A stretch of 64,000 nucleotides of DNA from Gammaproteobacteria bacterium. Its GTDB lineage: Bacteria; Pseudomonadota; Gammaproteobacteria; Eutrophobiales; Eutrophobiaceae. Under the pieces are notes generated by a model that worked only from the letters and a program-made list of their open reading frames with translations, had not been told where the DNA came from and made no database searches. Position 1 is the stretch's first letter; each line of letters starts with the position of its first letter. The position numbers and the translations under genes were made by a program. This document shows, in pieces, positions 10,848 through 20,181 of this stretch. Location of the stretch: positions 672,001-736,000 of the forward strand of contig OZ250183.1 in the NCBI GenBank assembly GCA_965238225.1, read 5' to 3'.

Positions 10848-12311
10848 ATGCGTGTAACGGAGCAAGCTCTTACCTTTGATGATGTTTTGTTAGTTCCCGA
10901 TTTTTCGGATGTTTTGCCTCGGGAAGTCGATATCACTACCCGCCTCACAAAAACCATCACACTTAATATACCCTTACTGTCGTCTGCTATGGATACTGTT
11001 ACTGAATCTCGTTTGGCGATTGCCATGGCTCAAGAAGGCGGTATTGGCATTATCCACAAGAATATGAGATCAGAAGCACAGGCCAAGCAAGTCCGCTTAG
11101 TGAAAAAACATGAAAGCGGGGTGGTTAAAGACCCACTCACAGTATCACCAGAAACATCTATCCAAGAAGTGCTGGCTTTAACCAAGCGTTACAATATATC
11201 TGGTTTGCCTGTTGTAGATGGTGAGGATTTGGTTGGCATTGTCACCAGCCGAGACATGCGTTTTGAAACACGTCTTGAAGACCCCGTCAGCAATATCATG
11301 ACAAAGAAAAATAAGCTGGTCACAGTCTTTGAGCAAGCAAGAAAAGAAGAGATAAAAGAGCTATTACATAAACACCGTATTGAAAAGATATTAGTGGTTA
11401 ATAAGAATTTCCAATTACGTGGATTGATAACAGTCAAAGATATTCATAAGGCACAAGAATTCCCTAATGCTTGTAAAGATGAGGATGAACAATTACGTGT
11501 AGGCGCTGCTGTTGGCATAGGCGAAACATCTCAGCGCAGAGTTGAAGAGCTCATTGAAGCGGGTGTTGATGTGCTTGTGGTTGATACTGCACATGCCCAT
11601 TCTGCTGGTGTGCTTGAAATGATCCAATGGATTAAAAAAACATTTTCTGGCAGTCAGGTAGTTGGTGGAAATGTGGCAACAGCGGCGGGTGCTAAAGCGC
11701 TTGTTGATGCAGGTGTAGATGGCGTGAAGGTTGGTATTGGCCCTGGATCAATTTGCACAACGCGCATAGTCTCAGGTGTTGGTGTGCCGCAAGTAAGCGC
11801 GATTTCTAATGTTGCAGAAGCATTAAAGGGAACGGATATACCGTTTATTGCAGATGGCGGAGTTCGTTTTTCAGGTGATCTTGCTAAGGCAATTGTTGCT
11901 GGTGCGCATTCTATCATGATTGGCGGATTGTTTGCCGGAACGGAAGAAGCCCCAGGCGAAGTTGAGTTATACAAAGGACGCTCTTATAAGTCATACCGGG
12001 GCATGGGTTCGATTGGTGCTATGTCACAAAAACACAGTTCCTCTGATCGTTATTTTCAAGAGAATGATGAGATTGAAAAACTTGTACCTGAAGGTATCGA
12101 AGGACGTGTTCCATATAAAGGGTCTTTGGATACCGTTATTTATCAATTATTGGGCGGGTTGCGTGCTGCAATGGGTTATACTGGCTGTAAAGATCTTAAA
12201 GAAATGCAAACACGCCCGCAGTTCTTGCGTTTAACCAATGCGGGAATGCGTGAAAGTCATGTACATGATGTGACTATTACCAAAGAACCGCCCAATTATA
12301 GAATGGAGTAA
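10848..12311 (+). CDS. guaB: IMP dehydrogenase
   Basis: [11 protein letters not shown] catalytic motif; CBS pair. Confidence 0.97.
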   Translation: MRVTEQALTFDDVLLVPDFSDVLPREVDITTRLTKTITLNIPLLSSAMDTVTESRLAIAMAQEGGIGIIHKNMRSEAQAKQVRLVKKHESGVVKDPLTVSPETSIQEVLALTKRYNISGLPVVDGEDLVGIVTSRDMRFETRLEDPVSNIMTKKNKLVTVFEQARKEEIKELLHKHRIEKILVVNKNFQLRGLITVKDIHKAQEFPNACKDEDEQLRVGAAVGIGETSQRRVEELIEAGVDVLVVDTAHAHSAGVLEMIQWIKKTFSGSQVVGGNVATAAGAKALVDAGVDGVKVGIGPGSICTTRIVSGVGVPQVSAISNVAEALKGTDIPFIADGGVRFSGDLAKAIVAGAHSIMIGGLFAGTEEAPGEVELYKGRSYKSYRGMGSIGAMSQKHSSSDRYFQENDEIEKLVPEGIEGRVPYKGSLDTVIYQLLGGLRAAMGYTGCKDLKEMQTRPQFLRLTNAGMRESHVHDVTITKEPPNYRME

Positions 12312-12363
12312 TATAAATTACTGCTTCGTTGTTATTTTTCTCAGTTAATTGCGTTTTCAAATA

Positions 12364-13938
12364 ATGCCTGATCTTCATTCTGAAAAAATCCTTATTCTGG
12401 ATTTTGGCTCCCAGTACACACAGTTAATTGCACGTCGTGTGCGCGAAGCAAATGTCTATAGTGAAATCCAACCTTTTGATATATCAGAAGACGAAATCAA
12501 GACATTAAACCCTAAAGCAATTATCCTTTCAGGAGGGTCAGAGTCTGTCGTCGTGCAAAGCTACTGCAAAGCGCCAGAGATAATTTTTCAAATGAATATT
12601 CCTGTTCTGGGGATATGTTATGGCATGCAAACTATGGCAGCGCAACTTGGCGGCAAGATTGAATCTTCCAGCATAAGAGAGTTTGGTTACGCACAAGTAC
12701 GCGCTAAAGGTCATACAACATTATTAAAAGATATTCAGGATAGCTCAAATGACGAAGGGCATGGTTTATTGGATGTTTGGATGAGTCATGGTGATACAGT
12801 CGTCGAGTTGCCCGAAGGATTCAAGCTTATGGCTTCGACAGAAAATGCGCCAATAGCAGGCATGGCGGATGAAAAAAGAAATTTTTATGGCGTGCAATTT
12901 CATCCAGAAGTCACACATACCAAGCAAGGCGCAGCTATCATTAAACGATTTCTCTATAAGATTACTGGTTGCGAGCCTTTGTGGGATATAGACACCATCG
13001 CAAAAGACACAATCAACACCCTCAAAAAGAAAGTTGGTAAAGATAAAGTATTACTAGGATTATCAGGCGGTGTAGATTCTTCCGTTACCGCTGCTTTGCT
13101 TGACGAAGCCATTGGCGAGCAATTAATTTGTGTCTTTGTTGATAATGGTTTGTTGCGTTTACATGAAGGCGATGAAGTGATGAAAATTTTTGCCAAGCAC
13201 ATGGGTATTAAAGTTATTCGTGTTGATGCAGAGGATCGGTTTTTAAATGCGCTTTCCGGTATTTTTGATCCTGAAGAAAAAAGAAAAATTATTGGTAAAA
13301 CTTTTATTGAAGTTTTTAATGAAGAAGCCGAAAAGTTTGATGGTGTTAAGTGGTTAGCTCAGGGAACCATATATCCTGATGTCATCGAATCAGCCGGCGC
13401 AAAGACAGGCAAGGCGCAAGTCATCAAAACACATCATAATGTTGGCGGCCTGCCAGATAATATGCAATTTAAATTGGTTGAACCTCTGCGTGATCTGTTT
13501 AAAGACGAAGTGCGAAAACTTGGCATACAGTTAGGCTTGCCAAAAAGCATGGTCTATCGTCATCCATTCCCAGGGCCAGGCTTGGGTGTAAGGATTCTTG
13601 GAGAGGTAAAAAAAGAATATGCCGATCTTTTGCGTAAAGCCGACGCGATTTACATGGAAGAATTAAACAAGCAAGATTTATATAGCACAATCAGCCAAGC
13701 CTTTGCGGTTTTTCTTCCTGTAAAATCTGTAGGCGTGATGGGGGATGCACGTAAATATGATTATGTTATCGCGCTTCGCGCTGTTCAGACAATTGATTTT
13801 ATGACAGCACGATGGGCGAGGCTGCCTTATGAATTTTTAGAAACTATTTCAAGTAGGATTATTAATGAAGTCGATGGTATTTCGCGTGTTACTTATGATA
13901 TTTCAAGCAAGCCACCGGCAACTATTGAGTGGGAATAG
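12364..13938 (+). CDS. guaA: GMP synthase (glutamine-hydrolysing); probable ATG start at 12364
   Basis: [21 protein letters not shown] and C-terminal KPPATIEWE. Confidence 0.97.
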   Translation: MPDLHSEKILILDFGSQYTQLIARRVREANVYSEIQPFDISEDEIKTLNPKAIILSGGSESVVVQSYCKAPEIIFQMNIPVLGICYGMQTMAAQLGGKIESSSIREFGYAQVRAKGHTTLLKDIQDSSNDEGHGLLDVWMSHGDTVVELPEGFKLMASTENAPIAGMADEKRNFYGVQFHPEVTHTKQGAAIIKRFLYKITGCEPLWDIDTIAKDTINTLKKKVGKDKVLLGLSGGVDSSVTAALLDEAIGEQLICVFVDNGLLRLHEGDEVMKIFAKHMGIKVIRVDAEDRFLNALSGIFDPEEKRKIIGKTFIEVFNEEAEKFDGVKWLAQGTIYPDVIESAGAKTGKAQVIKTHHNVGGLPDNMQFKLVEPLRDLFKDEVRKLGIQLGLPKSMVYRHPFPGPGLGVRILGEVKKEYADLLRKADAIYMEELNKQDLYSTISQAFAVFLPVKSVGVMGDARKYDYVIALRAVQTIDFMTARWARLPYEFLETISSRIINEVDGISRVTYDISSKPPATIEWE

Positions 13939-13950
13939 AAAACCCCTCTG

Positions 13951-13973
13951 AAACCCTTTAAAATAAAGGGTTT
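13951..13973. repeat. Perfect inverted repeat just after guaA (terminator or att-arm element)
   Basis: AAACCCTTTA-AAA-TAAAGGGTTT. Confidence 0.5.
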
Positions 13974-14148
13974 GAGATCATTCAAAGTGTGACAAACTTT
14001 GTCAAAGTAATGAAAGAATGCCAGTTTCAGAGCACTAAAAACAAACATACGGTAAACTCTCGCTACTACTGAAAGTCATAAGTTGTTAAGGATTTTGTAA
14101 AAATAATCAATTATATTTAAGATATTACTTTAAGTAAAATTTTCAAAC

Positions 14149-15951
14149 ATGGATCCTTCTATGAAAAAGAACATTTCCTATTCTACAATCGATGGAACTT
14201 TAATAAAAAAAATCGTTAGTGAAGCTGTTGATATTTTAGGTTTTGAAGATAAAAAAATTCTGCATCTTAATATTACAAACTTGTTTGAAGATAATTTTTC
14301 ACTTTTTGATACAAATAAGAATAAGAAACTTAAAAATCAGTATGTCAACAAGGAGACATCAGAATTTAACAAGGAAGAAAATCAAAAATACAGCAAAGAT
14401 ATTGATGCCATAGGTCAAATTATAGAAGGGAATTCAAAAAACAAATATGATTTTATATTTGCAGACATTCCATTTGATGGTCGATCTGAAAAAGATTATT
14501 GCCTTTCAATAATGAAATCATTGGAGTCTAGTGGTGTAGGAGTTTTTTTAATGCCTAGTTATTTAAATACTTTTAAAAGTTTTCAAGGCAAAAAATTCAC
14601 AAAAAACTTAAAAGAAGAGGGTTATAAAGTTTTGTCAGTTATCCAATTGCCTAGAAACTTAATGCGCCCAAGTAGCATGATTCAAACAAACCTAATCTTT
14701 TTAACAGAAGATAACGGCATCGCAGAAACTTATTTTGCTAAATGCTCTGAATATCAATTTTTTGATTTTCAATCTAAATTGATAGGTTTGGGCATGCTTG
14801 CACTTTATGATAAAAAAACAAGAAAAGAGTTTTTTGAAGCAGAAACAGATGAGATTAAAAAAACAAATAGAAAAAGAAAAAATTTATTTTATGGTGTTGA
14901 AGAAAATATAGATAACTTTAATGGTTTTGAGCACTGGGAGAACGAAAGAGAATTTCAAAAGATTGAAACAGAATATGGTGGTTATAATTTTTTAAAATTA
15001 AATGAATTCACCACTATCAATCAGACTAGAGATAAATTTGATGATTTAGATAATGCATTCTACATCCCTGCTATTGGAGAGACATTAGTGACTAAAGAGA
15101 TTCCAGATGAATCCTTAAAAAAGAAACCACAAAATTATTTTCAAATAATAGTTAATAATAATAGAGTAAAAAAAGAATATTTAGTTATTTATTTTAATAG
15201 TGAACATGGTCAAAAAAGTATTGAACTTGAATTCTTAAAGTATGCCGAGGTAACTATGCAGATGTTAAGAAAAACAGACATTGAAAATATCTTAATTCCT
15301 GTTCCTAATTTAGGCATTCAAGATGAAATTATTGAAAATATTTCTAAATTAAAGAAAGTTAAAACTTTACTAACAAGTATCGAAAATAGTCTTTCATTCA
15401 AACCTATATCATCCTCAGAACAGTTAAGTAAACTAAATCAAATTTATGAATCCTCTATGGACTTAAGTGAGGTAGAAATAACCTTTAATGATATAAAAAA
15501 AGGAGAATCCATAAATAGAGAGTTTAAGCAAACATTTGCATTAGATATAAAAAGTAAAAAAAGAGAAGACCATATAGTTTTCGAGTGTATAAAAACAGTT
15601 GCAGGTTTTTTAAATGGCAGTGGTGGAAATCTATATATAGGTGTTGCAGATAATTCAGACATTACCGGAATAAATGTTGAAATTGGCAGTAAGAAATTAT
15701 TTAAAAGTCTCGATAAGTATTTATTAAGTATTAAAGATACCCTTAAGAGAAAGTTAGGGGTTGCAAGTCTAAAGAACTGTAATTTTGTTCCGGTTAAACT
15801 TAAAGGAAAGCAGATTCTTACAATAAAGTGTCAACAATCAGGTCATCAAGTTTATATTGATGAAAAAGATACTTACTTAAGGGTTGGTCCATCAACAGAA
15901 AAACTTGAAGGACCAGAGTTAGTAAAATTTTCTAAAGAAAGATTTGGTTAA
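14149..15951 (+). CDS. Degenerate N6-MTase/TRD (type I R-M-like) region fused to a C-terminal Schlafen/AlbA_2 domain
   Basis: YDFIFADIPF (motif IV-like) and VIQLPRNLM..SSMIQTNLIFL (HsdM-like); YLVIYFNS..G...IENILIPVPNLGIQDEII (HsdS/TRD-like); GESINREFKQT...TVAGFLNGSGGNLYIGVAD...YLRVGPST (AlbA_2). Confidence 0.7.
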   Translation: MDPSMKKNISYSTIDGTLIKKIVSEAVDILGFEDKKILHLNITNLFEDNFSLFDTNKNKKLKNQYVNKETSEFNKEENQKYSKDIDAIGQIIEGNSKNKYDFIFADIPFDGRSEKDYCLSIMKSLESSGVGVFLMPSYLNTFKSFQGKKFTKNLKEEGYKVLSVIQLPRNLMRPSSMIQTNLIFLTEDNGIAETYFAKCSEYQFFDFQSKLIGLGMLALYDKKTRKEFFEAETDEIKKTNRKRKNLFYGVEENIDNFNGFEHWENEREFQKIETEYGGYNFLKLNEFTTINQTRDKFDDLDNAFYIPAIGETLVTKEIPDESLKKKPQNYFQIIVNNNRVKKEYLVIYFNSEHGQKSIELEFLKYAEVTMQMLRKTDIENILIPVPNLGIQDEIIENISKLKKVKTLLTSIENSLSFKPISSSEQLSKLNQIYESSMDLSEVEITFNDIKKGESINREFKQTFALDIKSKKREDHIVFECIKTVAGFLNGSGGNLYIGVADNSDITGINVEIGSKKLFKSLDKYLLSIKDTLKRKLGVASLKNCNFVPVKLKGKQILTIKCQQSGHQVYIDEKDTYLRVGPSTEKLEGPELVKFSKERFG

Positions 15952-16138
15952 TAGATCGAGTCAATCTTTGTCACAAAATTACTCAAAATAGGGAATTATG
16001 ATAGTTAAAACAGAATATGTCGTGACAAACTACTTTTTTCACCTCTACATCCCTTTGTTTGTAAGGTTTTCAAAATTACCGACTATTGAGTAGGAATAGA
16101 GAAGAAAATTATTTAAAACAAACGATTTAGGAGAAAAA

Positions 16139-16252
16139 ATGAAATATATTTTAATTTTGTCTTTAATATTTCTTTCGGCATGTCTTGGATCAGTAAAACC
16201 ATCAGTTAAAAATTTCACTGAAAATTTTAGCCTAGAGAGACTTTCAGATTAA
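16139..16252 (+). CDS. Small (37 aa) putative lipoprotein, possibly a truncated gene
   Basis: AGGAG RBS; MKYILILSLIFLSACLGSVKPS... with lipobox LSAC; too short for the ORF track. Confidence 0.4.
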   Translation: MKYILILSLIFLSACLGSVKPSVKNFTENFSLERLSD

Positions 16253-16291
16253 GTTAAACACAGTTCTTCAATAATTATATTAAAGCCTTAT

Positions 16292-16313
16292 CTGTAGCAT
16301 GACTGTAGCATGA
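16292..16313. repeat. 11-bp perfect tandem repeat (possible integrase arm-type site)
   Basis: CTGTAGCATGA x2. Confidence 0.45.
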
Positions 16314-16392
16314 ATATAAAAAATTATTGTTATGATAATGTTGCCTGAAAGAAATTCTGTTTTTCTACAGGCAGATAAAAAAAGCAGGGAAA

Positions 16393-16854
16393 ATGATTAC
16401 TGATAAAAAATTCATGCAAAAAGCTTTTAAGCTGGCAAAAAAAGCCGAAGTACAGAATGAAATTCCAGTCGGCGCTGTCGTTGTTTGTGAGGGGGAAGTA
16501 GTCGGCGAAGGCTGGAATCAATCAATATTATCAAATGACCCAACAGCGCATGCAGAAATTATGGCGTTGCGAGCTGCTGGGAAGAAGATTGCTAATTATC
16601 GTTTACCAAACGCAACTATTTATACCACGCTTGAGCCTTGCGCTATGTGTGCGGGTGCAATTATTCATGCGCGTCTTTCTAAACTTGTATACGCGGTTGA
16701 TGATCCAAAAACAGGCGCTTGTGGCAGTGTGGTTAATCTACTTCAGCTTGCAGAATTAAATCACAAAGTTGAAATAGAAAAAGGTGTTTTAGAAAAAGAG
16801 TGCAGAATATTGCTACAGAATTTTTTTAGAAATAAAAGATTAAACAAAGCATGA
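16393..16854 (+). CDS. tadA: tRNA adenosine(34) deaminase
   Basis: AHAE and TLEPCAMC motifs. Confidence 0.95.
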   Translation: MITDKKFMQKAFKLAKKAEVQNEIPVGAVVVCEGEVVGEGWNQSILSNDPTAHAEIMALRAAGKKIANYRLPNATIYTTLEPCAMCAGAIIHARLSKLVYAVDDPKTGACGSVVNLLQLAELNHKVEIEKGVLEKECRILLQNFFRNKRLNKA

Positions 16855-17348
16855 CCGATATCGCAATACAACAAGCTGAGCAACTCGCCAAATTATTTTT
16901 AAAAACATCAAGCAAGATAGTCACAGCTGAATCGTGTACTGGCGGCGGTTTGGCGGAAATACTCACAAGCATACCCGGTAGTTCTGCTTGGTTTGAGCGT
17001 GGTTTTGTGGTTTATTCGAATGAATCAAAACATGAGTTATTGTCAGTCTCGCTGAAGACCATCGAGCAATTTGGCGCGGTCAGTGAAGAAACAGCAAGTG
17101 CCATGGCAAAAGGCGCTGTAGAGAATAGCCGCGCAGATTACGGCGTTGCCATTACTGGTATCGCTGGCCCTGTTGGCGGAACAGAGTTTAAACCTGTTGG
17201 TACAGTTTGTTTTGCTTGGTACAGTAAAAATAACGGTGTTAGCACAACGCAAATATGTTTTGATGGCGACCGACTTAGGGTGAGGCAACAAGCGTGCATG
17301 TTGGCAATGCAAGGATTGCTTGATGTATTACAAAAAGCTTCTGAATAA
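16851..17348 (+). CDS. pncC: CinA/PncC nicotinamide-nucleotide amidohydrolase
   Basis: TAESCTGG, GAVSEE and TGIAGP motifs. Confidence 0.9.
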   Translation: MTDIAIQQAEQLAKLFLKTSSKIVTAESCTGGGLAEILTSIPGSSAWFERGFVVYSNESKHELLSVSLKTIEQFGAVSEETASAMAKGAVENSRADYGVAITGIAGPVGGTEFKPVGTVCFAWYSKNNGVSTTQICFDGDRLRVRQQACMLAMQGLLDVLQKASE

Positions 17349-17464
17349 AAAGTTTTAGGGTAGATATATCGAAATATGCCATGCCATTACCATTAAATAA
17401 CCAAAAAAATTATGACCAAAAAGGCGAGCGTCTTACCTATATTCTATTTCCTTATATGTCAGAC

Positions 17465-18361
17465 TTAGCTAAATGCCCATGCCGCGAAAGGTTCGATTTC
17501 ATCCTGGTTTACAACGATTAATTGATGTTTTATTGGGTTCAATGAGTGATCCGAAGTCGTATCTACGGATAATTGTTGTAACAGATAACCGATCAAAGCA
17601 CGCCGGATTTTTATTTCAATCAAATCATACTTACACTCGTAATCAATGAGCAAACTGGCCTTCTTTTTATCATCCAGATTCGGATGTGGTGCCAATTGTA
17701 CAGTGATTATCTCTGTCCAATCATCATCATACTGGGCGCTGGATTCAGCAGCCTGGTCAAGACATATTGCAGATTCAAAGCGGGACAAGACGAAATCTCT
17801 AAAATCAAATGTATCTTCGTTATAAGCGCGAACATGCCAACGAAAACCAGTGTTGATTAAAGCGTGCGCTTCGATAATACGAGATTTTTTATTACCGCTA
17901 TCAGAAAGTGAATGGTAACTAACCTTTAGTTTCTTATGGCCATGTATGGCGCGCGTAATTTGCGCAAGTACGGGCTTATCAGGGAATCGGCTCGGCAATG
18001 TTAGACCTTCGACGGGGATTCCAAAAATAGCACTTTCTTGATTGGCTTCGCCGGTTGCGACCAAATTGGCGTAAATGATAGGCAAAACAACCTCAGGGGA
18101 GAGATCGGCAAAGACTTCCTTAAACTCAAGTGTCGGGACAAATCCGAAGACATTATGTTTGTATATCAAGTTTTCTGGGGCTATATCATTGTAAAGCTTC
18201 AGGTCTTTGGTGGCGGCAGCATCTGAAACTCCAAACGCCTTGGCAACATCACTGCGAGTGATAAGCCCCGTGTAATAGGCTATTAGCTCTATATATTGCA
18301 ATCTTTGGCGTGTTGCCCATTTGATCTCATTTAACATCATTTTTTCTGTTTTTACGCCCAA
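17465..18361 (-). CDS. WYL-domain transcriptional regulator (wHTH-WYL-WCX, CapW/BrxR-like)
   Basis: N-terminal RQRLQYIE..AYYTG.ITRSD...FGVS...ATKDL..Y helix-turn-helix; RWHVRAY...FRDFVLSRF WYL core. Confidence 0.8.
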   Translation of the reverse strand: MGVKTEKMMLNEIKWATRQRLQYIELIAYYTGLITRSDVAKAFGVSDAAATKDLKLYNDIAPENLIYKHNVFGFVPTLEFKEVFADLSPEVVLPIIYANLVATGEANQESAIFGIPVEGLTLPSRFPDKPVLAQITRAIHGHKKLKVSYHSLSDSGNKKSRIIEAHALINTGFRWHVRAYNEDTFDFRDFVLSRFESAICLDQAAESSAQYDDDWTEIITVQLAPHPNLDDKKKASLLIDYECKYDLIEIKIRRALIGYLLQQLSVDTTSDHSLNPIKHQLIVVNQDEIEPFAAWAFS

Positions 18362-18418
18362 TTGATAGAAATATTAAGAAATTATACTAAAATCTGGCTA
18401 TAGCTATATATAATATAC

Positions 18419-18481
18419 TATATAGTAAAAAATATTTATATAGTAAAAAATATTGACATATTAAGAAGTATAGCTTATATT
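18419..18481 (+). promoter_or_regulatory. Predicted sigma70 promoter of recA overlapped by an 18-bp perfect tandem repeat
   Basis: TATATAGTAAAAAATATT x2 (18419-18454); TTGACA 18453-18458, 17-bp spacer, TATATT 18476-18481. Confidence 0.6.
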
Positions 18482-18568
18482 CTTTATCAAGCGGGCTTTC
18501 CAAGACATTAATTGGCATAGCTCGGTTGAAGCAAACCCAAGATTAAGCGTTTAAATAGGAGAATAAAA

Positions 18569-19639
18569 ATGACTACAGCAACAGCTAGAGACAGCAAACA
18601 TAAGGCATTAGAGGTAGCGCTCAGCCAGATTGAAAAACAATTTGGCAAAGGCTCTGTGATGAAAATGGGCGATCAATTGGTCGCAAATATTCCCACTGTC
18701 AGCACCGGATCATTAGGTCTTGATGTAGCATTAGGCGTGGGGGGGTTGCCTTATGGGCGTGTTGTTGAGATTTACGGCCCGGAATCATCCGGCAAAACAA
18801 CATTAACCTTGTCAGTCATTGCTGAGGCACAAAAACAAGGCAAGATCTGTGCTTTTATTGATGCAGAGCATGCGCTGGATCCAGTTTATGCAGAAAAATT
18901 GGGTGTCAATATTGATGATTTACTGGTTTCACAGCCCGACACAGGCGAACAGGCTTTGGAAATTTGTGACATGTTGGTTCGTAGCGGTGCGGTTGAACTT
19001 GTGGTGATCGATTCAGTCGCAGCCTTGGTGCCAAAGGCAGAAATAGAAGGGGACATGGGTGATTCACACATGGGGCTTGCTGCGCGTTTAATGTCACAGG
19101 CATTAAGGAAATTAACTGGCAACATCAAACGTGCAAATTGCTGTGTCATTTTTATTAATCAGATAAGAATGAAGATTGGCGTTGTGTTTGGAAACCCTGA
19201 AACAACAACGGGCGGTAATGCGCTGAAATTTTATTCCTCGGTTCGTTTAGATATTCGCCGAATTGGCGCAATAAAAAAAGGTGATGAGGTTGTCGGTAAC
19301 GAAACACGAGTCAAGGTGGTTAAAAATAAAGTAGCGCCGCCATTCAAGCAAGCGGAATTTAATATCTTGTATGGCGAAGGAATATCCCGCCATGGTGAAA
19401 TAATAGACTTAGGCGTGCAGCTTGACCTGATTGAAAAATCAGGATCATGGTACAGCTACAATAAAGACAGAATTGGACAAGGCAAAGATAACGTTCGTAG
19501 TTTTCTAAAAGAAAACCCTGATATTGCAGATAAAATTGAGGCACAAATAAAAGCAAAGCTTATGCCTGCCATTGCAGATAAATCTTTACCTGATGATGCC
19601 AAAGCAGCCGAAGCAGCCAAGGCAAATCTTAGCGCCTGA
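18569..19639 (+). CDS. recA: Recombinase RecA
   Basis: GPESSGKTT and [14 protein letters not shown]. Confidence 0.99.
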   Translation: MTTATARDSKHKALEVALSQIEKQFGKGSVMKMGDQLVANIPTVSTGSLGLDVALGVGGLPYGRVVEIYGPESSGKTTLTLSVIAEAQKQGKICAFIDAEHALDPVYAEKLGVNIDDLLVSQPDTGEQALEICDMLVRSGAVELVVIDSVAALVPKAEIEGDMGDSHMGLAARLMSQALRKLTGNIKRANCCVIFINQIRMKIGVVFGNPETTTGGNALKFYSSVRLDIRRIGAIKKGDEVVGNETRVKVVKNKVAPPFKQAEFNILYGEGISRHGEIIDLGVQLDLIEKSGSWYSYNKDRIGQGKDNVRSFLKENPDIADKIEAQIKAKLMPAIADKSLPDDAKAAEAAKANLSA

Positions 19640-19643
19640 TTGA

Positions 19644-20099
19644 ATGGATGCTCAAGAAGTTTTACAGCGCGAAGTTTTACAGAAAGCCTGTGATTTTTTG
19701 GCCAGACGTGAGCATTCTCGTAAGGAGCTTTGTTATAAACTTCTGCGAACATGTAAGGATGAATCCTTGGTCGAAGAGTTGCTGAATAAACTTGCAGAGG
19801 AAGGTTTGCAAAGTGATGAGCGTTTTGCTGAAAACTTTGTGTATCACCGTGTTAATAATGGCAAGGGGCCATTGAAGATTCAGCAGGAATTAGATGAACG
19901 TGGTGTGCATCAAGATATTATTTCAGCTTATCTGGATTCTAAAAATATTGATTGGCTGGAAGTAGCAGAGGCAGTAAGAACAAAGAAATATGGAAAAGCA
20001 GTTCCTTCTCGGTATTCAGATAAGGCAATACAATCCCGATTCCTATATAGTCGTGGTTTTAACAGTGAAGTTATAAAAGTCTTACTGAAGACGGACTAA
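19644..20099 (+). CDS. recX: Regulatory protein RecX
   Basis: LARREHSRKEL, QSDERFAE and RFLYSRGF; follows recA. Confidence 0.92.
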   Translation: MDAQEVLQREVLQKACDFLARREHSRKELCYKLLRTCKDESLVEELLNKLAEEGLQSDERFAENFVYHRVNNGKGPLKIQQELDERGVHQDIISAYLDSKNIDWLEVAEAVRTKKYGKAVPSRYSDKAIQSRFLYSRGFNSEVIKVLLKTD

Positions 20100-20181
20100 A
20101 CTCAAAAGACTTAAAACCATCAAATTAAAATTGGTCAAAAAATATCCATTACTAAAGATGTATTCATGATAAAAATAAACT

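Larger units (their letters stand above)
13921..16100. mobile_element. Integrase-free genomic islet at the guaA 3' end, bounded by a 19-bp direct repeat
   Basis: ACTATTGAGTGGGAATAGA (13921-13939, end of guaA) recurs as ACTATTGAGTAGGAATAGA (16082-16100); GTGACAAACT near both ends (13989-13998, 16022-16031); cargo visibly AT-richer than flanks. Confidence 0.7.
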
